Counted from the first letter of the stretch, positions 28,588 through 41,960 are shown. The stretch: DNA of 64,000 bases from Octopus vulgaris (GCA_951406725.2 OX597828.1:73656001-73720000), one strand, 5' to 3'. The notes: generated from the letters alone by a model not told the origin. A program made the numbers and translations.

Positions 28588-29030
28588 GAGTGAGAGAGCA
28601 GTGCATGCCATCAAAGTGACACTGGGGTAAAATATACAAAGCCCAGTATACCCATCATAACTACCTGTCTGATAAGGGTACATTAGGCACATGCATCACA
28701 ACCATATGTGCGCGACATGGAGATCTCATATCACGATAAACACCACATGACCTTGCAGGTGGGGTCCAGTTAGAATTTTCTTCTGGTCGACTAGCCCATC
28801 CCATTCAAATGGTCCTTGAATAAAGATCGTTTAATGATATTGAACGAACCACCCATGTTTCCAGAGGTGAATTATTCAAACCCCAAAGAATCCTTCTCAA
28901 CACATGCCTATGATGCTCCCCCACTACTTCTACTCGTGATCAGAGATGCACATATCGTCGGCCACTAAGGGACATGCTCAACTGGTTAAGGTCAAACAAC
29001 TGACAAGCAGATCTCTGGTATTGAGCAGAA
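28588..29030 (-). mobile_element. Non-coding TAA-flanked repeat, truncated copy
   Basis: Reverse complement of 31133-31577 with high similarity; TAA arrays on both sides. Confidence 0.8.
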
Positions 29031-29295
29031 TAATAATAATAATAATAATGATAATAATAATAATAGTAATAATGATAATATTTTTCTTCATAATTAGGTG
29101 TTAAAATCGCTGAAAGACTTCCAGATATTTCCGTTTCATCTCCTCCTCCTTCTCCTCCTCCTTCTCCTCCTCCTTCTCCTCCTCATTCATATTTTTCTTT
29201 TTTCTCCATTTCCGCTTTTCTTTTTGAATTTTTTTTTCTGATTTTTCTTTTACTTGTTTTTTCATCTCTAAGTTCTTTTTCTGTTAATTCCTGTA

Positions 29296-29460
29296 GTTGT
29301 TGTTGTTGTTTGTCTTCTTCATCGTCCTCGACTGCCTGTTTTTGTTGTTGTTGTTGTTGTTTGTCTTCTTCATCGTCCTCGACTGCCTGTTTTTGTTGTT
29401 GTTGTTGTTGTTTGTCTTCTTCATCGTCCTCGACTGCCTGTTTCTGTTGTTGTTGTTGTT
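29296..29460. repeat. Three tandem copies of a 51-bp unit
   Basis: TGTCTTCTTCATCGTCCTCGACTGCCTG begins at 29311, 29362 and 29413. Confidence 0.9.
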
Positions 29461-30402
29461 GTTGTTGATGTTGTCATTATTGCTGCCCCATTTCTTCTCC
29501 ATGAGGTTGTTGTTGTAGATTTTCCTCCTCCTCCTCCTCCTACACCTCCTCCTACGCCTAATTTTGTTGTATTTTTCCAGTTGTCATTAATGGTAACACT
29601 GTTGTTTTTGTTATTGTTCTGGTTCTTGATTTTTTTATTATCAATATCATCCTCCCTTCTTCTTCTTCTTCTTCTTCTTCTTCTTCTTCTTCTTCTTCTT
29701 CTTCTTCTTCTTCTTCTCATTCTTCTTCTTCTTCTTCTTCTTCTGCTTCTGCTTCTGCTTCTGCTTCTGCTTCATCTTCTACTTTTTCTTCTCCTCCTTT
29801 TCCTTCTCCTTCTCCTTTTTGTTCTTCTTCCTCATCTTTTTCTCCTCACTCTTCTTCTTCTTCTTCTTCTTCTTCTTCTTCTTCTGCTTCTGCTTCATCT
29901 TCTACGTTTTCTTCTCCCTCTTTTCCTTCTCCTTTTTGTTCTCATCCTCATCTTTTTCTCCCCACTCTTCTTCTTTTTCCTCTTCTTCTCCCTCATCTTT
30001 TTCCTCTCCTTCTCACTCTTCTTCTTCTTCTTCTTTTTGATATTAGTTCTACTATCGTTTCTGTTCTTGCTCCAGTTGATATCGTATCGTTGTTGTAGTC
30101 ATTTTTGTTGTTGCTGTTGTTACTGCTGTGGTTCTTGTTGCTGCCCACGGACCCTCACTTTCCACCTGTCTGTCCCATTTACTAATCTCCTCTCACCTAT
30201 TTCATGCTCAACTCTTATCAAATCAACATCAATTCCACGCATCAGTTATTTCTTCTTCCATCGTTTCTCTAATTTATTGTCATTAAATATTCCATGTTGC
30301 CAAAAGATAAGAAGAAGCAACGGCGATTCAGAGAACAAATACTAAAAACAATATTTTCTTTTAAATGAATTCTTTTAATAATAATAATAATAATATTTTT
30401 GT

Positions 30403-30580
30403 TTTACCCACAAGGGGCTAAACATAGAGGGGACAAACAAGGACAGACAAAGGGATTAAGTCGATTACATCGACGCCAGTGCGTAACTGGTACTTATTTA
30501 ATCGACCCCGAAAGGATGAAAGGCAAAGTCGACCTCGGCGGAATTTGAACTCAGAACATAACGACAGACGAAATACCGCT
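30403..30580 (-). mobile_element. SINE family A
   Basis: Reverse complement of the 37095-37270 region. Confidence 0.8.
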
Positions 30581-30582
30581 AG

Positions 30583-30583
30583 C

Positions 30584-30648
<65 letters not shown>

Positions 30649-30671
30649 TAATAATAATGATGATGATAATG

Positions 30672-30717
<46 letters not shown>

Positions 30718-30728
30718 TAATAATAATG

Positions 30729-30795
<67 letters not shown>

Positions 30796-30806
30796 TAATA
30801 ATAATG

Positions 30807-30867
<61 letters not shown>

Positions 30868-30985
30868 TAATAATGATGATTGTAATATTAATAACAATAA
30901 CAACAACAACAATAATAAAAATAATACTAATAATGATGATGATGATGTTGATGATGATGATGATGATAATAATAATAATAAAAAC

Positions 30986-31020
<35 letters not shown>
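30583..31020. repeat. Long (TAA)n/(GAT)n microsatellite
   Basis: Direct reading; source of the poly-N/I/L ORFs. Confidence 0.95.
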
Positions 31021-31022
<2 letters not shown>

Positions 31023-31577
31023 GCCCTGATGCAGTACCAGGCAGTGGCTCTCATGGCTTCTGATCTTAACTGATTGGAAGTGTTATCATGTACATTGTTT
31101 TGTCTTGGTATAAAAAGATGGGCTACACCAAATATTCTGCTCATTACCACAGATTTGCTTGTCAGTTGTTTGACCATAACCAGTTGAGCATGTCCCTTAG
31201 TGGCTGACGATATGTGCATCTCTGATCACGAGCAGAAGTAGTGGGGGAGCATCATAGCCATGTGTTGAAAGGGATTCTTTGGGGTTTGAATAATTCACCT
31301 ATGGAAACATGGGTGGTTCTTTCAACATCCTTAAACAACCCTTATTCAGGGACCTTTTGAGCGGGATGGGCTACTCAACCTGAAGAAAATTCTAACTGGG
31401 CCCCACCTGCAAGGTCATGTGCTGTTTATCTTGATATGAGATCACCATATCGCGCACATATGGTTGTGATGCATGTGCCTGGCGTACCCTTATCAGACGG
31501 GTAGTCATGATGGGTATATTGGGCTTCGTATATTTTACCCCAGTGTCACTTTGATGGCATGCACTGCTCTCTCACTC
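31021..31577 (+). mobile_element. Non-coding TAA-flanked repeat, longer copy (about 557 bp)
   Basis: Second copy inverted at 28588-29030; both lie in TAA arrays. Orientation inferred from the one-sided truncation of the other copy. Confidence 0.8.
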
Positions 31578-31609
31578 AATAATAATAATAATAATATTAA
31601 TAATAATAA

Positions 31610-31610
<1 letters not shown>

Positions 31611-31640
<30 letters not shown>

Positions 31641-31785
31641 AAGAAGAAGAAGAAGAAGAAGAAGAAGAAGAAGAAGAAGAAGAAGAAGAAGAAGAAGAAG
31701 AAGAAGAAGAAGAAGAAGAAGAAGAAGAAGAAGAAGAAGAAGAAGAAGAAGAAGAAGAAGAAGAAGAAGAAGAAGAAGAAGAAGA
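31611..31785. repeat. Pure (AAG)n tract
   Basis: Direct reading; source of the poly-K/F ORFs. Confidence 0.95.
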
Positions 31786-32415
31786 ATACTATAGAATAAA
31801 ACAAGTAAAAAGAGAAACTAAAATGTTAGAAACAAAAAATATCGCTGGCTTTTTCTCTCTCACTCTCTCTCTCTCTCTCTCACTCTCTCTCTCTCTCATT
31901 CTCTCTCTCTCACTTTCTCCCACTCCCTCTCACACACTGTCTCTCTCTCTCGCTCTACATATTTATATACTTCTCTCTATCTCTCTTTCACTCTACTTTT
32001 CTATCTACTTCTCTCCCTTCGTCTCTACTTTTCTCTCTCTTCTCTACTTCCTCCTTTTTCTCTTTGTTTCTATCTAATTTTCTCTGTCTCTCTCTGTCTC
32101 TCGTTCCCACTCTGTCTGTCTGTCTATCTCTCTGCCTGTCACTCGCTTTATCTTTATTTCTCTCTCTCACTCTCTCTCTCCCTCGCTCTACATTTTTTAT
32201 ATACTTTTCACTCTCTCTTACTCTCTACTTTTCTCTCCCTCCGACTCTCTCCCTCTCTCTCTCTGCTTCTCTCCTACTTCTCTCTACTCTCTTCTCTATT
32301 GCTTTCTTTCTCTCTTTGTCTCTATCTAAGTCCCTGTCTCTCTCTCCCTGCCTCTTCTCACTAAGTCTGATTATCTCTCTATCACTCTCCGTCTCTCAAT
32401 CTATCAATCTATCTC

Positions 32416-32459
<44 letters not shown>

Positions 32460-33329
32460 AGTAACTCTCAGTGGCACTCCGCCTTCCTCTGCCGATCTGT
32501 TTGACTCTGATACCACTCACACATATATACAACCAACTCCATGACCACTCTCCTGCAACTACCGCTCTCACTACCACTATTATTCCCACTACACTACGGC
32601 TATCACTGCCACCATGACTACCACCACAGCTACCAGTGTTACTAACACTATCAACAGGACCGACACATGTGACCAACAGTAGTAACCCCAACGCTACTAC
32701 TACAGCCATCATACGCCCACCATCACCAACCCGTCTTCGCCACTATCACCCGAACTACAACAAACTCACCCACAGCCACCACCTTCTGGACACTCATGAT
32801 CATCATGAGAATACTAGCAAAAAAATAAAACCACACCAAGAGAAAAACAACAAAGAAAACAATGTGAAAAAACAAAATATACTTGTCTCTCACCTACAAT
32901 GATCATGCATGCATGTATATATGTATGTACATATGTGTGTTTCTGCGTGTGTGTACTGGCAAGCGTGCGTACTCTTATGGAGAAAACAGCAACTACAAAT
33001 AAAGAAAACGAAAATGCTAATTGCAGAAGAAATATTCAGTTAGTTTTATGAGCTTAAACTGGGAGAAGAGAAAAAAGTAAAATTTGTGACGCTTCGGACA
33101 TAATCATTTATCAGATAGTAGAGATGAATCCATGAGAGATTTTAAAGAAATAGAAGACAAAGAAAGAGACGAATAATATTAAGAGGGTCAGGGAAAAGGC
33201 ACGTGGATTCGGTTCACATGTTTTACGGTCTTATATGCAGAGACACACATAAATATATATGTATGTTTTTCTCTCTCTCCTTCTCTCGTTATCTCTCTCT
33301 GTGTCTCACTATATATAAATATATATACA

Positions 33330-33378
<49 letters not shown>

Positions 33379-33567
33379 TATAAGCAGGAAAAACTTTAGC
33401 CATTTCTCCGCAGACTGAGAAACAACCTTAATCGATTTTCCAATCTTATTGGGTTCTCATCAGAGGCGTCTACATCATTCTCACAGTTTCCAGAGGAAAA
33501 AAGGAGCCAAACTGTTTATATACTCAACAAATGCAGCAGTTAATCTAAGAAGGAGTCACTAATTTGC

Positions 33568-33600
<33 letters not shown>

Positions 33601-34049
33601 CTCAGACACACAAACTTGACAGGTGAAATCCAGAGATGCTTTAATATTGGAAACACGTAGTACTGCTCAAATTTGGTACACAGAGCCTCTGTGTGTATGT
33701 GATGTGTGTGTGTGTGTGTGTGCGTCTGTGTGTGTGTGCGTCTGTGTGTGTGTGTCTTTTTGTGTGTGTCTTTGTCTCCCACCGCTACTTGACCTCCAGG
33801 TTTCGTGAGTTTACGTTTACGTTCACAGCAGTTCTATAAAAAAAAAACAGAGAACGATAGAATAAGTACCAGTACTAACACAATATTTCGACTAAAACCG
33901 CTCAAGAAAGTGCTACAGCATGGCCGCAGTCCAATGACTGCATCAAGTAAAAGATACACTAAAAGACTATAGCAGTAAGAGTGCACGGATATAAATGTAA
34001 AAGTGTACTCAGATATAAATGACGAATAGAGAGAGAGAAATACAGAAAT

Positions 34050-34445
34050 ATTTGTTTCAAAATTTTGCAAAAGGTTAGCAATTTGGAGGCAATGGATGAG
34101 TCGGTTACATCGACCCCAGTATACGACTGGTACTTATTTTATCAACCCCGAAAGGATGAAAGCAAAGTCGACCTCAGCAGGATTTGAACTCAAAGCATGA
34201 AGAGTTGGCAGGAATACCACAATGTATTCTTCTTAGCTATGCCACTTTCTACCACCACTAAAATAATAACAGTTTCAAATTTTGGCACAAGGCCAGCAAT
34301 TTCAAGGAGGGACATTTTATTTTATCGACCCCGAATGGATGAAAAGCAAAGCTGACATCGCCGGAATTTGAACTCAGAATGTAAGGCTGACGAAATGGTG
34401 CTAAGCGTTTTGGTCCTCGTTTTAATGATTCTGCTAGTCTGCCGT
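34050..34445 (-). mobile_element. Two SINE family A copies
   Basis: ACCCCGAA.GGATGAAA.GCAAAG...GGA.TTTGAACTCA motifs near 34145 and 34328. Confidence 0.75.
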
Positions 34446-34519
34446 CTTCGAAATAAAGAAATGTTACGAATAAACAGTATTGCAACTAAATGAGAGGCAA
34501 AACGTATCTTTCAAAGAAA

Positions 34520-34892
34520 TGTTACATGACCAATTCTCAAAGACATAGGAATATGAGGGAGAGAGGACTACTTGGGAATCAGAACCGAAGGGCATTGATA
34601 AGCAACGACAGGTGATTTGGCGAAATGCTATGAATTGAAAATATGGATGGAAGTGGTCATGTATCCTGCCACATATCCCTGTCGAAAGCCATTCTTCAGG
34701 GCACTTAAGGGAAGTCGAAAGGGAAGGCAAACAGAGACAGTCCTGGTTTGACAGCATCAAGCGAACACGCTACGCCTGATAGAGAACAGAGACCAGTGGC
34801 GACGTCCGTTTATGACAGCGTCTGGATTGGTACCGCAACGGCTGGCTGTATCAGTTAAGGAATGAATCTTGATGATGATGATGATGATGATA
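34520..34892 (+). mobile_element. RTE-clade LINE 3' end remnant with (GAT)n tail
   Basis: Broken translation GHVSCHISLSKAILQGT...GRQ-RQSWFDSIK...NRDQWR resembles the RTE C-terminus; ends in GAT repeats. Confidence 0.65.
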
Positions 34893-36261
34893 GATGGAAG
34901 TCATATTTGTTGTGAGTTACGCGAAAGTATTTAATATGTTGTGCGTGAAAGTAGTGTTAAGAGGGCATAAAAAGAATATAAAATTAGTTTTGACAGGTTA
35001 AGGAGGAAAAGGAAAAAAATGGAATATGGTGTATGATGGGTTATTAAAAAATATTGGATTCTAACTAGATTCCAAATGCGTCAAATACCTACTCCTATTA
35101 CTTGATTCTATAAGAAGAGAAAATGTCTGAAGGAAGATATGTAAAGGAAAAGCTATCGAAAGAATTTACTTGTATTCTGAAAAGAAAGATAAATATATAG
35201 AAAAAAACATATCTAGTGATGGTTTTCGTCGGCAAAAAAACCCCTTAAATATAAAATTATTGAAACAAAAGATCCCCTTAAACAAATAAACAAAAACAGC
35301 TAATAAAATTTGTAACGAAATTACGTTTGTATGTTATGAAGAGCGGCGGCGAGTGATGACGTTTGTGACAAGTCTTTCCCTACTTGGAACAAATGTAAAG
35401 TGTTTTGAAAGGTAAGAAATTATTCTTTTGTGAATTTCTGTGCGCATTGATTTACAATAAGAATGTTTCAACGAAATATAATGTATTCTATACGAAATCA
35501 CGAATGATTCTTCATATATCGTGACTCATGCGAGCAGATCTTAAAGGAAGAGTAAATAAAATTTAAGTGTGTTCGGTATTATGCTTATTTGATTTGCAGT
35601 AGGACATTCGCAATTTCCATTGTCTTTCTATTCACGGCTCTTTATTACATTTAAGACAACCAATATCTCGCTTATTGCAACAAACGCCGGACAGATTCTT
35701 TATATTTCTTCTATTTTTCTTATTGGTTTTACCAATTTGTTCTTGCTATTTTCCTCAGCAATTTTTCACTGTAGTACGTTAAATTTATAATTTTGCAATG
35801 ATTTCGTAAGCACGCTATTAGCTGGTACACATATATGCACGCAAACATTTATGTATATATCTATGCATGATGTATATGTATATATATGTTCGTGCGTCCG
35901 AGCACACGTATGTCTATATGTAGGTATATGTATGTATATATATATATATATATATCTATATATGGTAATGTCGGCAGTAAATAGTTGGCAATTATAGCGG
36001 GAATAATTCTTCGTGCAAACAGATTTATTTAAAGCGCTCAACAGAAGAGAGAATATATCAAATTTAAACCAGTAATATATGCAAAGATATACACGGAGAC
36101 AGCGAAAACCGAGAGACACTGCAAAACTATGTCAAACAACATACTGGTTTCAAATTTTAACACAAAGCCAGCAATTTCTGTTACTTATTTTATCGAGCCC
36201 GAAAGGACAAAGTCGACCTTGCCGAAATTTGAACTGAGAATGTGGAGACAGATGAAATGTT

Positions 36262-36776
36262 AGAAAATTACTATTTTAAAATCTCACAACGTGAGATATT
36301 CAGCAACAGTACTTTATAGTAAAGATTCTTTGCCAACATAACATGGCAGTCCTGGTTTAGGACGAATGTTGCTGTAATTTAGCCCCAGGAGACATTGTCT
36401 CCAGCTGGCTATACGACACGATCTGTGTCCTTATATTTTCCAACAAGGGAATCTAGCACCCCAACTCAGCTCAAAACAATATGTGTATTGTGATTTCTGG
36501 GTTATTTCCCTTCATCAGCACAGAATAATTGCTCGGTTAGAGGTGGCGCTGACAAATTCCTGTTCGAAATATATAGTTTTCAAAGTAACAACTAGAAATT
36601 AGAAAATTACTATTGTTTTGAGCTGAGTGTAGGTGCTAGATTCCCTTCTTCGAAAATATAAGGACACATAACGTGTCGTATAGCCAGCTGGAGACGATGT
36701 CTCCTGGGGCTAAATTACAACAACATACGTCCTAAACCAGGACTTCCATGTTATGTTGGCAAACAATCTTTACAAG
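36262..36776. mobile_element. Penelope-like inverted-arm cassette with 12-bp target-site duplication
   Basis: Inverted arms 36319-36481 / 36611-36773; direct repeat TTAGAAAATTACTATT at 36260 and 36599; TSD AGATGAAATGTT at 36250-36261 and 36777-36788; hammerhead-like motif in the spacer. Confidence 0.75.
36482..36522 (-). ncRNA. Minimal hammerhead-like motif (degenerate stem III)
   Basis: tgtg-CTGATGA-a-ggg-aaataa-ccc-a-GAAA-tcacaa-TA-caca: core intact, stems I and II present, stem III broken. Confidence 0.55.
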
Positions 36777-37047
36777 AGATGAAATGTTGTTCAGAATTTT
36801 TCCCAGCGTGCTAACGATTCTGCCAAGCTCGTCGCCCTAAATTCAGACAACGCATTCAAATATAATATCTACAAAGGGGAAAATTTCTTTATTTAATCGT
36901 GCATATTTTAAGAAACTGTAGCTTCTTGGATGGAATGTATTTTACTATAAGCCTGTACTCGCAGAGCATAGAAATCGCTTTGAAACAACAGCAACAATGA
37001 CGTCGATCACAGCAGCAACTCATTGCCGAATAATACTCTTCGGAAAA

Positions 37048-37845
37048 AGCGGCGAGCTGGTAGAAACGTTAGCACGCCGGGCGAAATGCTGAGCGGTATT
37101 TTGTCAGCCGTTACATTCTGAGTTCAAATTCCGCCGAGGTCGACTTTGCCTTTTATCCTTTCGGGGTCCATTAAATAAGTACCAGTTACGCACTGGGGTC
37201 GATGTAATCGACTTAATCCTTTTTGTCTGTTCTTGTTCGTCCTCTCTGTGTTTAGGCCCTTGTGGGTAGTAAAGAAATAGGTATTCCGTCTGCCGCTACG
37301 TTCTGAGTTCAAATTCCGCCGAGATCGACTTTGCCTTTCATCCTTTCGGGGATCGATAAATTAAGTACCAGTTGTGTACTGGTGTTGATCTCATCGACTG
37401 GACCCCTCTCCCTAAAAATAGAGTAGAAAAGTATAGTTAGCACGCCGGACTAACGTTAAGCCGCATTTCGTCCGTACAGTCTGAATTCAAATACCGCCAT
37501 TTCGACTTCGCATTTCATCCCTTTTGGGGTCAATGATAGAAGTATCAGTTGAGCGTTGGGGGTCGATGTAACCGACTTAACTTTTCCCCTGAAATTGCCG
37601 GCCTTGTACCAAAATTTGAATCTAATAGGTTTACCCATAGAAGGCAGTGGGGTGGCAGAATCGATAGCACGCCGGGCAAAATGCTTAACAGCTTTTCGTC
37701 TGTCTTTACGATCTGAGTTCAATTTCCGCCAATTACCTTATGTCATTTCAGCTTCGATAAAATAAATACCAGCTAAGCACCGGCGTTGATGTATTGGATT
37801 CAAACCCCACCACCCAAAAAATTGCCAACTTTGTGACAAAATTTG
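37048..37845 (+). mobile_element. Four head-to-tail SINE family A copies
   Basis: Units start near 37048, 37281, 37436 and 37641, each with a GAGTTCAAATTCCGCC-like B box. Confidence 0.85.
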
Positions 37846-38159
37846 ATTCCCATATCAAACATTAGCTCTAGCTCGTACGTTTATAAAAAAATTCGTGATA
37901 ACTAATTACTGGTATTTATTTTTGATAAATATATCCATAGTGGAATGACGGATTAATTTATAAATATTAAAAAAGGCATCATGCAAATCCGCAAAATATT
38001 TTAATCCTGTTCCTATGATTACAGAGAAGTTCAGACTTCACAATCCGACATCTATTTATAACTCTGTGAAAAGGTTTCACATAATTTAGGGACAGGGATA
38101 TATTGGGTTCAATCGCCACAAATGGTACCTCCTCTCCAACGGTACATTATTTTCTTCTC

Positions 38160-38287
38160 TATTCTTGGCACAAGACCCGAAATTTTGGGCGAGGAGGTCG
38201 AGCGATTAGATCGACCCCAGTACGCAACTGGCACTTGATTTATCGACCCCGAAAGGATGAAAAGCAAAGTCGACCTCGGCGGAATTC
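38160..38287 (-). mobile_element. SINE family A, 3' part
   Basis: TTTATCGACCCCGAAAGGATGAAAAGCAAAGTCGACCTCGGCGGAAT. Confidence 0.8.
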
Positions 38288-38879
38288 CAACGGTTCTATA
38301 TTTTATCAACAGACTCGATATCGGCAGTATTTGAACGCAGAAGATAAATCGCCGTTTACTAAACACTTCAAGACATTCTTCTGCTAGTCTACATTTGTAA
38401 TTCTAGTACGCAACGGCCACATTAGAATCAAACCAACTATAAAGAGAATATGGCAGTCTTTAAATGCATAAAATGATGCCAGTGTTATAATACGCGAAAA
38501 AGAAAACAAAATGGCAGCAAATAAATACAAACAGAAAAAGGTTAGAAAAAATGTAAGCGAGGGGAAGTATTGAGTGTGAGGAGAAATAAAGTAAAGAACT
38601 TTGTATTCTAGCAACCATTTCATGCCTAATTGCCTCCAGCTAACCAGATCAACATAAAATATGTTCGACAAAACACTTTGCGATTATTCTTCTTCTTCTT
38701 GTTCCTTGTTTTTTTTTTCGATTTTTGTTTAGTCTTTGTTGGTTATATTTTTGTTTGTTTTTTTTCTTTATGTATTTAAAATATATATATATGTATGCAA
38801 TAAATTCTACAAAATAAAAATCATGAATTTCGATCGTAGATTGTAGATTGATTGTCTGTGTTTCGGCTTTCTGATAAAC

Positions 38880-38932
38880 ATCATCTTCGACGTCGTCGTC
38901 GTCGTCGTCATCATCTTCTTCTTCATCATCAT

Positions 38933-38970
<38 letters not shown>

Positions 38971-39235
38971 CCAACATCGTCATCATCATCATCAACATCA
39001 TCAACATCGTCATCATTATCATCATCATCATCATCATCATCATAATCACCATCGTCATTCATCATCACCATCGACATCATCATCATCATCATCATCATCG
39101 TCGTCGTCGTCGTCGTTGTCATCATATTCGTTCGCCGTCATCAACATCATCATCACCGAAGCAACAGCAGCAGCAGCAGCAACGTCAACATCACCGACAT
39201 CATTGTCATCATCAACAACCTCCTCCTCCTCCTCC

Positions 39236-39268
<33 letters not shown>
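38880..39268. repeat. (CAT)n/(CGT)n low-complexity tract
   Basis: Direct reading. Confidence 0.9.
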
Positions 39269-39269
<1 letters not shown>

Positions 39270-39825
39270 TCTACAGAAGAATTCGACAAACACGTATATG
39301 TTGGATTATCAGATTATCGTTAAAAATATTTTAAAAGCTCGATGGTGACAACAGAACAACCGAACATTTTAAAAATAAATACGATAAAATGAACAACAAA
39401 AACATATGAAAAGAAAGCAACACCAACAAAACAAATGATTGATTTTATTTGATAAACAGTCTGACATATTCCATGTTAAAGTTTAGATTGTAAGTCTTGT
39501 TCGATAGATTTTTATCTAAGACCTTTGATTTATTTATTTACATTTTTCCTTACTAAGCGTTTTCTGGATTTTTCATTCTTTCGTTTATTTGCTAGTTGTT
39601 GCTATATGACTCGCGGCCAGGCTGTAGCACACATTCCAAAAGGACTCAGTCGATTATATTGATCTTAGTAGAGTCTCTAATACGCGTTGTATTAATAGTG
39701 CATGGAATGAAAAAATATAAAAACAATTAAGACACACATTAGGCGGGTAAAAGCGAAGTAATCCGATTTCGGTATGTAATCCCATAGGATAGGAGATTTC
39801 TTTCACATCTCTGTCTCTCTGTCTC

Positions 39826-39890
<65 letters not shown>

Positions 39891-39915
39891 CTATATATAT
39901 ATATATATATATATA

Positions 39916-41640
39916 TCATGCCGTCATACACACTTCTTTCCGCTTTCATACGCAACCTTTCATCTCTCAGCATACTTTTCTCAACTCCGAGTATCTTACT
40001 CCCCTCCCTCACTATATATCCCACTTCCTCAGCCACCACCTTCCATCAGCCGTCACATGTGATCCCTGGTACTTAGAAACACTCACCCTCTCTAACACCT
40101 CTATACCTGGCGTCTCACATTAATCTTACCAGCCATTCCATCAAACCACTCACTTACTTCAACACCCACCCACCCTAACGTACGCCCTACTTTCTCTGTG
40201 AAAGCTCTGTACAGCTCTCAACAGTTTACAATCTACTCCATGTAACCACAACACCTTCCACGTTTCATTCCTATCCACACGGTCATATACCTTCTCGAGG
40301 TTCATAAAGCCCCAATATACATCCCTCCCTTCTCACACATCTGATCTTCACACCCCCTTCCACTCCCAAAACTGCACTACTCCTCCCCTAGTACATTCTG
40401 GTTCTTCACCCTTACAATCAGAATTCTCCCATACAGTTTACCAGCCACAAGTAACAGACTTATGCCCCTAAAATTTCCACACTCACATTTATCCCCTTTC
40501 CCCTAGTACAGTGACACCATACAGGCACTGCGCCACTCCTTTGGTACTCTTCCACTCATATAACACACCTTCATCAGCCTCCCTAACCATTCAATCACCG
40601 GCACTCAACCTTTCTTTAGGCATTCCACTCTACACCCATCTATATCTGGCGCCTTCCAGTTTGCCATCTTCTGGCGTGATTCCCTCATCTCCTATCCATA
40701 GTTCCACTCCCCAACAACAGGCATTCACCTCTCTCCTCCTACCGCTACTATACTTGCCTTCCGATCATCCGCCACTAAAATACTCTGCCCATCATTTCCT
40801 TTGTACATCCTCAATTCCTTACAACAAATTCATCCTTCCTTCCAACCATATTTTTCTTACCCTCTGTGCCTCTTTCCAAAACATCTTTTTACTCCTTACA
40901 AGATGTTAACCCAACTTTTTTCCCGAACCTTTCACTCGCCTACCATTCCGCCACCCTCACCACTCTCTTCACTCTCCTCTTCACTTCTCTGTAACGATCA
41001 TAAGCCTCTCCATCCCTTTTCTCCAACCACTCTTCAAAGGCTCTTTTCTTCTCTGCCACGCCTCCCATTCCGCCACCCTCACCACTCTCTTCACTCTCCT
41101 CTTCACTTCTCTGTAACGATCATAAGCCTCTCCATCCCTTTTCTGCAACCACTCTTCAAAGGCTCTTTTCTTCTCTGCCACGCCTCCCATTCCGCCACCC
41201 TCACCACTCTCTTCACTCTCCTCTTCACTTCTCTGTAACGATCATAAGCCTCTCCATCCCTTTTCTGCAACCACTCTTCAAGGGCGCTTTTCTTCTCTTC
41301 CACGCCTCCCTTACATGCTCATTCCACCACTCACTATCTTTCCTCACACCCATTCCAATCACTCGTGTACCGCATACCTCTGAGGCACATCTCATTACTG
41401 CCTCTCTAAAGGCCTTCCACTCCTCCTCCATATCTCCTACCTCCCGTTTCTCTACCTGTTCATATTCATCTCTCAATTTCTCTATATACACCCGCTCCTT
41501 CCCTCTTCTATCCAGTTCACTCACCTTCACAACCTCTGTCCTCCCTGTGACTCATCTAGCATTCCATTTTGAGTATACCTTCTACTTAACCTATACTAAG
41601 AAGTGATGTGACACCCCTCCACCTTCACCTCTCACTACAT
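39916..41640 (-). mobile_element. RTE-clade LINE ORF2 relic (linker and RT N-terminus)
   Basis: Minus strand has EEEWKAFREAVMRCASEVCG...SEWWNEHV, then GKGDKCECGNFRGISLL..AGKLYGRIL and FMNLEKVYDRVDR; many stops and deletions. Confidence 0.85.
40943..41309. repeat. Three tandem copies of a 122-bp unit inside the RTE relic
   Basis: CCATTCCGCCACCCTCACCACTCTCTTC starts at 40943, 41065 and 41187. Confidence 0.92.
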
Positions 41641-41671
41641 GCACATCCAGCAACATTCCTACCTTTCTCTT

Positions 41672-41715
<44 letters not shown>

Positions 41716-41716
<1 letters not shown>

Positions 41717-41855
41717 GACGGGCTTCTTTCAGTTTCCGTCTACCAAATCCACTCACAAGGCTTTGGTTGGCCCGAGGCTATAATAGAAGACACTTGCCCA
41801 AGCTGCCACGCTGTGGGACTGAACCCGGAACCATGTGGCTACTTACCACACAGCC
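41716..41855 (-). mobile_element. SINE family D, 5' half
   Basis: Matches 23190-23342. Confidence 0.85.
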
Positions 41856-41858
41856 TAT

Positions 41859-41940
<82 letters not shown>

Positions 41941-41960
41941 TATATCTATACATATATATA

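Larger units (their letters stand above)
36146..36840 (-). mobile_element. SINE family A interrupted by a 515-bp insertion
   Basis: SINE halves at 36146-36261 and 36777-36840 join across the duplicated AGATGAAATGTT. Confidence 0.75.

Noticed and set aside
29296-29460. Regularly spaced repeats resembling a CRISPR array (also 24940-25440)
   Set aside because: Units are tandem with identical or low-complexity spacers, there are no cas genes and the context is eukaryotic.
31021-31080. Possible HDV-like ribozyme at the start of the TAA-flanked element
   Set aside because: Partial P1/P2 pairing is possible, but L3, P1.1 and P4 do not fit.
35340-35420. GC patch with TGACGT and a GTAAGA donor, or a snoRNA C box
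   Set aside because: No D box or terminal stem; motifs are too short to support a promoter or exon.
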